Shown in pieces: positions 1 to 9,004 of a stretch of DNA of 64,000 bases; position 1 is the stretch's first letter, and each line of letters starts with the position of its first letter. The stretch covers positions 32,001-96,000 of the forward strand of contig CAWCPV010000013.1 of assembly GCA_963797555.1 (NCBI GenBank), in the 5' to 3' direction. A program made the position numbers and the translations under genes. The notes beneath the pieces were generated by a model that saw only the letters and a program-made list of their open reading frames with translations, searched no databases and was not told where the DNA came from. The DNA is from an uncultured Gammaproteobacteria bacterium. GTDB taxonomy: Bacteria; Pseudomonadota; Gammaproteobacteria; CAWCPV01.

Positions 1-1114
1 GCGTGTGGGCATAGTCCACGACTACCACCGGGCGACCTGGGCCGCTCACGAAGCGCTCCATACGACCAGGCGCTCCGCCGATACGGCCGAGCCGCGCCAC
101 GCCTTCCGCGAGCGGAACCCCCTGGAGCAACAGCACACTCAGAGCCGCCAGCAAGTTGTGAGCATTGAAACGACCTAACAGTGGACTGACCAGATCCGCT
201 TCGCCCCAGGGAGTGTGCACACGCATCTTCAACCCCGCGAACTCGAGCTGCAGGTCGCATCCCCACACCTCGGGAAGTGCCCCGGGTCTCTGACCGACCC
301 CGTAGCCGATGGCCTGGACCTCGTGTGCCAGTGCCGCGGCAAAGCGCCGTCCTCGGGCATCGTCCAGGTTGATCACCGCCCGCCGCAGGCCCGGATGTCT
401 GAAGAGAAGCTCCTTGGCGGCAGCATAGGCGTCTATGTCAGTGTGATAGTCCAGGTGATCCCGTGTCAGGTTGGTGAACACGGCACTGTCTATGAACAGC
501 CCATTGACGCGCGCCTGGGCGAGCGCGTGGGAAGAAACCTCCATGAAGACGTGGGTCGCGCCGCCCGCACGCATCTCCGCAAGCAGCGCATGGATGGTGA
601 CCGCGTCCGGGGTGGTATAGCCGGTCGCGCGCAAATCGGTTATCCGCCCCTGGCGGCAAAGGCCGTAACCCAACGTACCAATGACCCCTGTCGCGGTCTC
701 CCTCGCCATAGCCTGAGCCAGGAGGTGGCTGCAGGACGTTTTGCCATTGGTACCGGTAATCCCCACGACCCGCACCGAACGGGAGGGCTCACCGTAGAAA
801 CGCGCCGCGATTATACCCGCTCTTGCCCGCAAGTCGCAGACGCCCACCACGGACACATCGCCGAGACCCTCCGGGCGCGGCCCGCCCCCGACCTCGTAGG
901 CGACCGCCACTGCCCCCGCCCGCACCGCCTCGGCCACAAAGTCGTGGCCGCGGGCTCGATTACCGGCGCAAGCCAGGAAAAGGTCGCCCGGAGACACTCT
1001 TCGGCTGTCCAGGGACAGACCGCAGACCTGCCGCTCGGCTACGTCGGCGAGATCGGCGAAGCCATCCAACAGCGCGACGAGACTCTTGGGGCCAACCCGG
1101 CCTGGCCCGTTCAC
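1..1114 (-). CDS. murE: UDP-N-acetylmuramoyl-L-alanyl-D-glutamate--DAP ligase (runs off the left edge)
   Basis: Read manually; the GTG start overlaps the ftsI stop. Motifs DSRRV, GITGTNGKTS, TNLTRDHLDYH and VVVDYAHT; position in the dcw cluster. Confidence 0.93.
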   Translation of the reverse strand, partial: MNGPGRVGPKSLVALLDGFADLADVAERQVCGLSLDSRRVSPGDLFLACAGNRARGHDFVAEAVRAGAVAVAYEVGGGPRPEGLGDVSVVGVCDLRARAGIIAARFYGEPSRSVRVVGITGTNGKTSCSHLLAQAMARETATGVIGTLGYGLCRQGRITDLRATGYTTPDAVTIHALLAEMRAGGATHVFMEVSSHALAQARVNGLFIDSAVFTNLTRDHLDYHTDIDAYAAAKELLFRHPGLRRAVINLDDARGRRFAAALAHEVQAIGYGVGQRPGALPEVWGCDLQLEFAGLKMRVHTPWGEADLVSPLLGRFNAHNLLAALSVLLLQGVPLAEGVARLGRIGGAPGRMERFVSGPGRPVVVVDYAHT

Positions 1115-2898
1115 GGCGTCGTCTCTTGCCAAGCCACGCGCACTGCGGGGTCGTCGCGCTCATCGGGCGGGACATCGAGCATCCTCAGCGACTCACCCAT
1201 GACCCGTCGGAATACCGGAGCCGCCACTTGGCCACCGTAGTAGCCCCCGCGCTTCGGGTTCGGATCGTTCACCACCACGGCCAACACCAGGCGCGGGCGG
1301 CTGGCTGGCGCCATCCCCGCGAACACTGCGTAGTATTGGTGTGCCACGTATCCGGACGGGCCCGCCTTGCGGACCGTGCCGGTCTTGCCTGCCACCCGGT
1401 AACCGGGCACGGCGGCGAGGGTCCCGGTACCACCCTCGCGCACTACCGCCTCCATCATACGTCGCACTTCCGCGGCGATGGCGGACTGGATCACCCTCTG
1501 ACCTTGGGGTGGCTTGTCTACCCGCAGCAAGCTCACAGGGCGGCGTACGCCGTCGGCGGCCAATATGGCATAAGCACGCGCCAGTTGCAGGGGCGTCACG
1601 GACAGCCCGTACCCAAAGGCTGCGGTGGCAGTCTCCACCGGCCTCCATCGGTGGAAGTCCCGCAAAACGCCAGTAGCCTCTCCCGGGAAACTGACGCTCG
1701 TTGGGGACCCGAAGCCGACCCTGACGAACATATTCCACAGCCGGCCCGACGGCAAAGAGAGTGCGATGCGACCGGCCCCCACGTTGCTCGACTTCTTGAT
1801 CACCGTGGCGACGTCGATTATCCCGTAGTCGTGGACGTCGTGGATGGTCCTGCTGCCGACACGCAGCAGACCCGGACGTGTGTCGACTAGGGTGCTCGGC
1901 TTGTAGAGACCAGTCTCCAGAGCGCAGGCGATGGTGAACGGCTTGACTGTCGATCCAGGCTCGAAGACATCCGTCACCGCGCGGTTGCGATAGCGAGCAC
2001 CATGCAGATCCTCTCGGCTATTGGGGTTGAAGGCTGGCTGATTGACCACCGCCAGTACCTCGCCTGACAACGCATCAAGGAGCACCGCAGAACCGGCGCG
2101 GGCCCCGTGCTCCAGGACCGCCGCCTTCAGTTCCCGATAGAGGAGGTATTGCAGGCGCAGGTCGACGCTCAGTGCGAGGTCTCGGCCGGCACGCGGCTCG
2201 CGAATGCGTTCCATGTCCTCGACAACGGTGCCGTAACGGTCCTTCATCACCCGTTGGGCACCCGGCTCACCGCGCAGCAACTTATTATAAGCTAGCTCGA
2301 TGCCTTCCTGACCCTCATCGTCTATGTCCGTGAAACCGAGTAGGTGGCCGGTGACCTCCCCGTTCGGGTAGTAGCGGCGATATTCCCGCTGCAGGTATAC
2401 GCCGGGGATCTGCAGATCAGCGACCGCTTGCGCCGTATCCGGGGGGATACGGCGCCGCACGTACACGAATTCTCGGTCCCCGCTGGCGTTAAGGCGGGTA
2501 GCCAGTTCTCGGGGGTTGAGGCCCAGCACCTTCGCGAGCCGTGACCACTGATTGGGCTGCTCCAGCAACACCTGCGGGTTCGCCCACACGGAGGAGACGG
2601 GCGTGCTGATCGCCAAAGGCTCACCCATCCGATCCGTAATCATACCGCGATGGGCGGCTATGCTGTGGACCCGCAGCACACGTGCGTCCCCCTGGTCCCG
2701 GAGGAAGTGGTTGTCCATGATTTGCAGGACCAGAGCACGCCAGACTAGCATGCCGAAGGCGAGGCACAGACCTCCCAGTGCCAGCCGATGGCGCGTGGAA
2801 CACAGCGCCGGGCGCTCCGCCGCATCGCGGGCTGGGCCGTGCCACCAGCGCGGCTCGCCCCAGGTGAGGCAGGCATCGGACCGCACTCCGGCTTTCAT
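1111..2898 (-). CDS. ftsI: Peptidoglycan D,D-transpeptidase PBP3
   Basis: N-terminal TM segment, RGMITDR, EPGSTVK (SxxK), KSSN, KTGT; follows ftsL. Confidence 0.95.
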   Translation of the reverse strand: MKAGVRSDACLTWGEPRWWHGPARDAAERPALCSTRHRLALGGLCLAFGMLVWRALVLQIMDNHFLRDQGDARVLRVHSIAAHRGMITDRMGEPLAISTPVSSVWANPQVLLEQPNQWSRLAKVLGLNPRELATRLNASGDREFVYVRRRIPPDTAQAVADLQIPGVYLQREYRRYYPNGEVTGHLLGFTDIDDEGQEGIELAYNKLLRGEPGAQRVMKDRYGTVVEDMERIREPRAGRDLALSVDLRLQYLLYRELKAAVLEHGARAGSAVLLDALSGEVLAVVNQPAFNPNSREDLHGARYRNRAVTDVFEPGSTVKPFTIACALETGLYKPSTLVDTRPGLLRVGSRTIHDVHDYGIIDVATVIKKSSNVGAGRIALSLPSGRLWNMFVRVGFGSPTSVSFPGEATGVLRDFHRWRPVETATAAFGYGLSVTPLQLARAYAILAADGVRRPVSLLRVDKPPQGQRVIQSAIAAEVRRMMEAVVREGGTGTLAAVPGYRVAGKTGTVRKAGPSGYVAHQYYAVFAGMAPASRPRLVLAVVVNDPNPKRGGYYGGQVAAPVFRRVMGESLRMLDVPPDERDDPAVRVAWQETTP

Positions 2899-3233
2899 GG
2901 CCCGAGCACCACGACCTCACCGGACGGGGGAGGCGCCATGCTGAGGCGCGCCCGTGCGATACGGTCGATGCGGCTGTGGGTGGCGAGCGTGCTTTGCTCG
3001 AGCAGCAGCCTTCCCCACTCCACGTTCAAGTCGTCCCGCTGCTGTTGCACCGATTGAAGCTCAACGAACAACGACCGGCCAAGGTGCTTGCTGTAGATGA
3101 CCGCAACGGCTGAGGCTGTTACCGCCATCGCCAGCACCCCAGGACCCACCACTCGGGCGAGCCGGCTGCGCACCTCCCGGGCGGGGCTCAATGCCTCCTC
3201 TTGATCCCCATTGACGCGGCTCGGTCCGCTCAT
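2895..3233 (-). CDS. ftsL: Cell division protein FtsL
   Basis: Internal ATG at 3233 overlaps the rsmH stop; TM segment then coiled coil EWGRLLLEQSTLATHSRIDRIARARLSM. Confidence 0.9.
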   Translation of the reverse strand: MSGPSRVNGDQEEALSPAREVRSRLARVVGPGVLAMAVTASAVAVIYSKHLGRSLFVELQSVQQQRDDLNVEWGRLLLEQSTLATHSRIDRIARARLSMAPPPSGEVVVLGP

Positions 3234-4165
3234 GGCAGCTTCTCCGCCACCCGCAGCACGGCGCTGCGGGCACGGGGGTTGCGCGCGATCTCTCCCGGGG
3301 CCGGGCGGCGCGCCCTGCCCACCGGGCGCATCTGGCGCACCAAGTCCGCCTGCCGCACCGGCAGATCCCGCGGGAAACGGTCCCCCCGCGATTGGTCTCG
3401 AATGAATCGCTTGACCATCCGGTCCTCCAGAGAGTGGAAGCTGACCACCGCTAGGCGGCCGCCGGCCGCGAGCAGGCCGGGGATCTCGGCAAGGCAGCGC
3501 TCCAGCTCCTCGATCTCCCTGTTCACCAAGATGCGGATGGCCTGAAAGGTGCGCGTCGCCGGGTGCTGACCCGGCTCGCGGCCGGGGATGGTCCGTGAAA
3601 CGATCGCGGCGAGCTGGCCCGTCGTGGCGATGGGACCCCGCCGCCGCGCCGCCGCGATGGCCCTGGCCACGCGACGCGCGTAACGCTCCTCGCCGTAATC
3701 GTGCAGCACCGCGGCGATGTCCCGCTCCGCTGCTCGGGCCAGCCACTGCGCCGCGCTCATGCCGCTGCCTGGATCCATACGCATGTCCAGTGGCCCGTCG
3801 TGGAGGAAGCTGAACCCCCTGGCAGGGTCTTCCAGCTGAGGCGATGACACGCCCAGGTCCAGCACCACGCCGTGCACGCGGCCCTCCCAGCCCTGCTTGC
3901 GGACCTCCCGGCCCAGCGCCGAGAAGGGCGAGTGCAGCACGCAGAAGCGCGGATCCTGCCCGAACCGATCCACCGCCGCTCGCACCGCCTCCGGATCCCG
4001 GTCGAGTGCCAGCAGGCGCCCCTGCGGGCCCAAGAGCTGCACGATGCCCGCGCTGTGCCCACCCCGACCGTAAGTGCCGTCCACGTAAAGGCCGTCCGCT
4101 CGTATCGCGAGCGCATCGACCACCTCTTGGCAGAGGACGGGCTCATGCTCTGAGCGCCGGAACAC
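3230..4165 (-). CDS. rsmH: 16S rRNA C1402 N4-methyltransferase (MraW)
   Basis: HEPVL, DGTYGRGGHS, DLGVSSPQL, PLDMRMD, HPATRTFQAIRI, SFHSLEDR, NPRARSA. Confidence 0.96.
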   Translation of the reverse strand: MFRRSEHEPVLCQEVVDALAIRADGLYVDGTYGRGGHSAGIVQLLGPQGRLLALDRDPEAVRAAVDRFGQDPRFCVLHSPFSALGREVRKQGWEGRVHGVVLDLGVSSPQLEDPARGFSFLHDGPLDMRMDPGSGMSAAQWLARAAERDIAAVLHDYGEERYARRVARAIAAARRRGPIATTGQLAAIVSRTIPGREPGQHPATRTFQAIRILVNREIEELERCLAEIPGLLAAGGRLAVVSFHSLEDRMVKRFIRDQSRGDRFPRDLPVRQADLVRQMRPVGRARRPAPGEIARNPRARSAVLRVAEKLP

Positions 4166-4169
4166 GACC

Positions 4170-4628
4170 TCAGAACGATAGGGAATCAAATTCGGAAGGC
4201 AAATCACCTTGCTCCTCCTCGATGCGCCATTTGACTAGCGCATCGCTCCATGTCTGCTCGTCCCAGAGCTCGAATTTCTTACCCTGACCGATCAGGACCA
4301 CGCGCTTATCCAGATGGGTGCAGTCGCGCAGCGGGGGCGGCAGGAGGATGCGGCCCTGTCCGTCCATGTCGGATTCGGTCGCGTGCCCGATGAGCAGTCG
4401 CTGCAGCAGCCGGGCTTGACGGTTCAGGGCGGGCAGGCGCTCCAGTTTGGCCTCTATCGCCTCCCACTCCGGCAGCGGATAGAGCAGCAGGCACGGATCG
4501 TCCCGGTCGATTGTGATGACGAGCTGTCCGTGACAGTGCTCGTCCAGGCGGGCCCGATACCGCGCCGGCACCGTGATACGGCCCTTGCCGTCCAGCGCTA
4601 GTGGGCTGATGCCGCGGAACACACCCAA
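4170..4628 (-). CDS. mraZ: Division/cell wall cluster transcriptional repressor MraZ
   Basis: Two DxxGR SpoVT/AbrB repeats (LDGKGRI, MDGQGRI), FELW; first gene of dcw. Confidence 0.96.
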   Translation of the reverse strand: MGVFRGISPLALDGKGRITVPARYRARLDEHCHGQLVITIDRDDPCLLLYPLPEWEAIEAKLERLPALNRQARLLQRLLIGHATESDMDGQGRILLPPPLRDCTHLDKRVVLIGQGKKFELWDEQTWSDALVKWRIEEEQGDLPSEFDSLSF

Positions 4629-4650
4629 TCCCCCTCATGCGCCCCCATCT

Positions 4651-4723
4651 CCCACTTCACCCCACTTCAGCCTACTTTATCCCACGTCGCCAAAATATAG
4701 TTAGCGTTTGTGGGGAATGTCAA
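4651..4723 (-). promoter_or_regulatory. dcw (Pmra) promoter with four MraZ-binding boxes
   Basis: Minus strand TTGACA (4723-4718), 18-nt spacer, TATATT (4699-4694), then GTGGG/GTAGG/GTGGG/GTGGG at an exact 10-bp period (4685-4651). Confidence 0.85.
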
Positions 4724-4879
4724 GGCGGTACGCACCGTGCCTGCCCAGTGTCGACACGGGCAGGGGCGAAAGGGTGGGCCGCGCCATTCGGGCATGACCA
4801 GGCTCCTCACTCGAGGCGCTCCCTGCGCCGCCCGCCCTCCGGCGCTTGACAAGCGGAGCACCGGGGCTATTCTTCGAAG

Positions 4880-5180
4880 TCATGCCTGCGACGATTCCAA
4901 CACCCAAGAAGCTCGCGGCGGCTCGAAACAGAGACTCGTGGAAGACTTCGCCCGTCTCAATCTCGTTGGGGAGTCCCCCGCTTTTCTTCGCTGCTTGGCG
5001 CTGGTCAGGAAGTATGCGGCTTGCCACGCGACGGTCCTGGTCCGGGGCGAGACAGGTACCGGCAAAGAGCTGGCCGCGCGCGCGATCCATTATCTCGGCG
5101 GGCGCAGCGAGTATCCCTTCATCCCGGTGAACTGTGGAGCGATCCCGGAGACCCTAGTGGAGAACGAGCTCTTCGGCCAC
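4880..5180 (+). pseudogene. Truncated sigma-54-dependent activator (AAA+ N-terminal half)
   Basis: LVGESPAF...GETGTGKELAARAIH...PFIPVNCGAIPETLVENELFGH; breaks just before the expected GAFTGA loop. Start is approximate. Confidence 0.85.
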
Positions 5181-5459
5181 CATCAGCATTCGGGGCTCGC
5201 CCTGTTCACGCCTGCCGATGTGTTCTGCGGGCGTGTCGGGGCACTCCTTGCCACGCGCCAGGCGGCACTCAATGCCGCCTACGTCGCACATCCCGAGCGC
5301 TTCGTGCGCGGACGGCCCGTCGCTGCCCGGCCCCCTAAGGTGGTCGCCATTAACCGCCATTAACCCGATGCTCGCCGAGCAGCACCTGCCCACCGCCAGT
5401 ACCCCGCTCGTCGAGCATGCCGACACGCTCACCCAATGCGAGATGGCGGCAATGACAAC
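5181..5459 (+). mobile_element. C-terminal remnant of an IS3-type transposase
   Basis: HQHSGLALFTPADV...AAYVAHPERFVRGRP...AIN resembles the tail of IS3-family transposases; fused in frame to the activator fragment. Confidence 0.6.
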
Positions 5460-5463
5460 TTAA

Positions 5464-7084
5464 CCTTCCAGTTGCATAAGTTCTCGGTACAGGCTGAGCT
5501 AATGCCTTGAGGCAAAGCGGCTCGTGGGGTGTTTCGGTGTGAACGCTGGAATGCACCGGTGGTGAGATCCAGAAAACGCGATAGATAGGGAGTATCGATT
5601 AAAAATAGAAAGCGGTCTTCTCTTCAGGGTAGAATGGTGTCTGCCAAAACCTCCAATATACCCAGAAGGAGACCGCTCGAAATGAAGTTTAGCAGATCCG
5701 AGATTCACCGCAAGACTCACCGCGTCCCGAGTCTGCGCTTCGAAGACCAACAGCTCACTTCGTTTTCTGGGCTGGTCCTGTTTCAGGGTTTGTTTGCCCA
5801 TCTGGGGCTCCTGGAGCCGACTGCGCCAATGCTTCCGCCATCTGGGCGTGAGCCCCATCTTCGGCTACGCCAAGTGCGTGCTGCTGTTGGTGGTGCATCT
5901 GCTGCTCGGTTACCGGGAACTGCGCGACATGCGCTATTACGCCGATGACCCGCTGGTGAAAAGGGTGCTCGGGCTGCGCCGGCTGCCGGATGTGGCGACG
6001 CTGAGCCGAGCACTGGCCGGGGCCGATGCCGAGAGCGTGCAGCGGCTCGCCGCACTGCTGCGCGAGATGGTCCTGGAGCGGCTGGTGGTGCTGGGGCTGG
6101 AGCGCATCACGCTCGACTTCGATGGCTCGGTGATCGGCACCTGTCGGTTCGCCGAAGGCACCGCGGTCGGCTTCAACCGCAGGAAGAAGGGACAACGCAG
6201 CTATTATCCGTTGTTCTGTACCGTGGCCCAGACCGCCCAGGTGCTGGCGGTGCTGCATCGCTCGGGCAATGTGCACGACTCCAATGGGGCAGAAGCGTTC
6301 ATCCGAGACTGCATCCGGCAGGTGCGGGCTGCCTTGCCAAAAGTCATCATCGAGGTGCGCGCCGACAGCGCCTTCTTCAGCGACTCCCTCGTCGGCCTGC
6401 TGCAAAGCGAGAAGGTGCAGTACACGCTGAGTGTCCCCTTCGAGCGCTGGACCGAACTGAAGCAACGCATTGAGACGTGCCAGCGTTGGTTGCCCCTGGA
6501 CGACGAACAAGCCTATTTCGAGGCTCAGTGGAAGCCGAAGTCCTGGCACTTGTATCATCGCTTCCTGTTCATCCGCAGAACGGTGAGGCAACAGTCCAAG
6601 GGCCCCGTACAGCTCGATCTCTTCATCCCTTACCAGTACGGTTACGAGTTCAAGGTGATGATCACCAACAAGCCCCAGCACGCCGCTGAGGTGGTGGCCT
6701 TCCACAACGGCCGCGGTGCTCAGGAGGGATTGTTCGCAGAGCTCAAGTCCGACAACCAACTCGACTATGTGCCCACCCGCACCTGGGTGGGCAACCCGAT
6801 CTATCTGCTCTCGACAGTGCTCGCGCACAACCTCAGCCGGGAGCTTCAAATGATAGCGCGCCCACTACCCCGCCGTGTCTCGCAGAAACGGCCCGCATTG
6901 TGGGACTTCGCCCGTCTCAATACGCTGCGCTGCCGGCTCATCCAGCGCGCCGGTCGCCTGATCCGCCCACAGGGTCGATTGACCCTGTCGATGAGCGCCA
7001 ATTCAGCCGTCCAGCACGAGCTGTTGCATTATCTGCAGGCCCTGCAGAAAGCGGCATGATCAGAAAGGTTTTGCAACGATAGGG
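5464..7084 (+). mobile_element. IS1380-family insertion sequence
   Basis: Imperfect IRs CCTTCCAGTTGCA / TGCAACGATAGGG, flanked by a TTAA duplication (5460-5463, 7085-7088). Confidence 0.8.
5682..7059 (+). pseudogene. IS1380-family DDE transposase, frameshifted near 5810
   Basis: MKFSRSE...LTSFSGL continues in another frame with ITLDFDGS, SYYPL, VRADSAF, FHNGRGAQE..ELK. Confidence 0.85.
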
Positions 7085-7396
7085 TTAATTTCCAACCGCC
7101 CCTGTCTCAAAGTCATTGACACGTTCCGTCACTGCAGGCGATCTGGATTAGGCGCGCCTCTTTTCTCCGTTCGGAATCGGGTCTGTCGGCGGTCGCATAC
7201 GCACGCTTACGCTTCTTGCGATCCAACGCCGCTTCAAGACCCTGTTCGACCAGACATTGCCGAATGCTGCAAACCGTGCGCGGGGAACACGAGAATGCCT
7301 CCGCGGCTTGCGCATCGGTCCAGGCCGGGCCATCGGCATCGACCTTCAACAGGACGTTGGCGTGCTTGATCTTATACGCCGCAGCCTTGCCTTTAT

Positions 7397-8741
7397 GGTT
7401 CCTCTCAGGAATCGGTGCACAGTGAGGGGGCTGAGCGTTGAAGGGCATGAGTCTCATCAGGTACTTAGAAGATGCCAATCGTTCTAGGTATCTGGAGAGG
7501 GGACTCATGCTCTTGGGAAGTCTGGTCAAAGCAACGTTGGAATTGCAAGGGTTTCGGGTAGTCACGGTGGGAGGCGACTTAACGGGTCTGGTGGCTGAGC
7601 TTGCGCCGGATGGACGCTACGCGCCTCGGTGCGGGTGTTGTGGTCGAACGGCGAGCTACCGAGACACCCGGGCCGTTCGTCGGTTTCGTCACGTCCCGAT
7701 ATGGGGGATTGCGGTGAGCCTGAGCTACGCGCCTCGTCGCGTCAGCTGCGGGCAGTGCGCCGGTGTGCACGTCGAGGCGATGCCGTGGGCTGTGGGAAGC
7801 AGCGCTTGAGCCGTGCGCTGGTGGTGACGCTTGCCACGTGGGCTCGGGTGCTGCCATGGAGGCAGGTGGCGAGGCTGTTCGGGTGCGCCTGGGGCACCGT
7901 GGCGGACGCCGTTGACGAAGCGCTGGCCTACGGGCTTGCCCATCGTAAGCTCGATGAGCTCACCCACCTCGGCATCGACGAGATCTCCAGGAAGCGCGGT
8001 CATGTTTACGTCACCAATGTCTACGACCTGAAGACCAAGCGCTTGGTGTGGAGCGGCGAGGACCGCCGCCGGCAGACGCTGGAGGCATTCTTCGAGTTCC
8101 TCGGCCCTGAGGGTTGCGCTCGGCTCAAAGGCATCTGCTGCGATATGTGGCAACCCTATATCGATGTCATCAAGGCCAGGGCGCCGAATGCGGTGCTGGT
8201 CTTCGACAAGTTTCACATCGTGCGCCACCTCATGGAGGCGGTTGACCAAGTCCGACGCGATGAGGTCCGCGACAAGGGCGCGGCACACAAGCGCCTGCTG
8301 GCGCGAACCCGATACCTCTGGCTGAAGAACCCGTGGAATCTCACCGAGAAACAGGCCACGCGACTGCGCGACCTGGAGGGGCTGAATCTGAAGATCAACC
8401 GTGCCTATCTGCTCAAAGAGGCGTTCCGAGAACTCTGGAGCTACCGGCGCGCGGGCTGGGCGAAGCGATACCTGGCCCGCTGGTTCTGGTGGGCGACCCA
8501 CTCGAGATTGCCCCCGATGCGCGACTTCGCCTGGATGCTGCGCCATCATGAGCCCGACATCCTTAACTACCTCCGGTTGCCCATCGACAACGGGACCGTC
8601 GAGGGCCTCAACAACAAGGCCAAGCTCGTCATCCACAAGGCATACGGATTCCGCACGCCCAAGAACTACATCCGAAACCTCTACCACTGCCTGGCCGACC
8701 TCCCGCTACCCCAAACCGTGCATACATTTGTGTGAGGAACC
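7397..8741 (+). mobile_element. ISL3-family insertion sequence
   Basis: IRs GGTTCCTCTCA / TGTGAGGAACC; 8-bp target duplication GCCTTTAT (7389-7396, 8742-8749). Confidence 0.92.
7507..8735 (+). pseudogene. ISL3 transposase, frameshifted near 7795
   Basis: Zn finger CGCCG...CGQC, then LGIDE, CCDMW, FDKFH, NGTVEGLNNKAK..AYGFR. Confidence 0.88.
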
Positions 8742-9004
8742 GCCTTTATTAACCAGCTCCGTGAGCATCGAACGCTCCTCCTCCGTGAGACGCACAACGT
8801 ATTTCTTGTTCATGAGAGCACCTCCTGACTTGAAACATCAAGAAATACCCCCAACACCATGTGTTTGCAAGATTTGATGAAACTGGGTACTAGGTACCCT
8901 CGCGAAACCGGTTCCTATGGGATTCATGGGTTGGCCGAAAGTTACGCATGAATTAGATTAACCGCCTGATTTATACGCGTTGAACTGAATCTTCGGAAAA
9001 CGCG

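Larger units (their letters stand above)
7113..8891 (-). mobile_element. IS630-family remnant (HTH part) split by an ISL3 element
   Basis: MNKKYVVRLTEEERSMLTELVNKG (8813-8742) joins KGKAAAYKIKHANVLLKVD...IRQCLVEQGLEAALDRK (<7396); DDE part missing. Confidence 0.75.
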
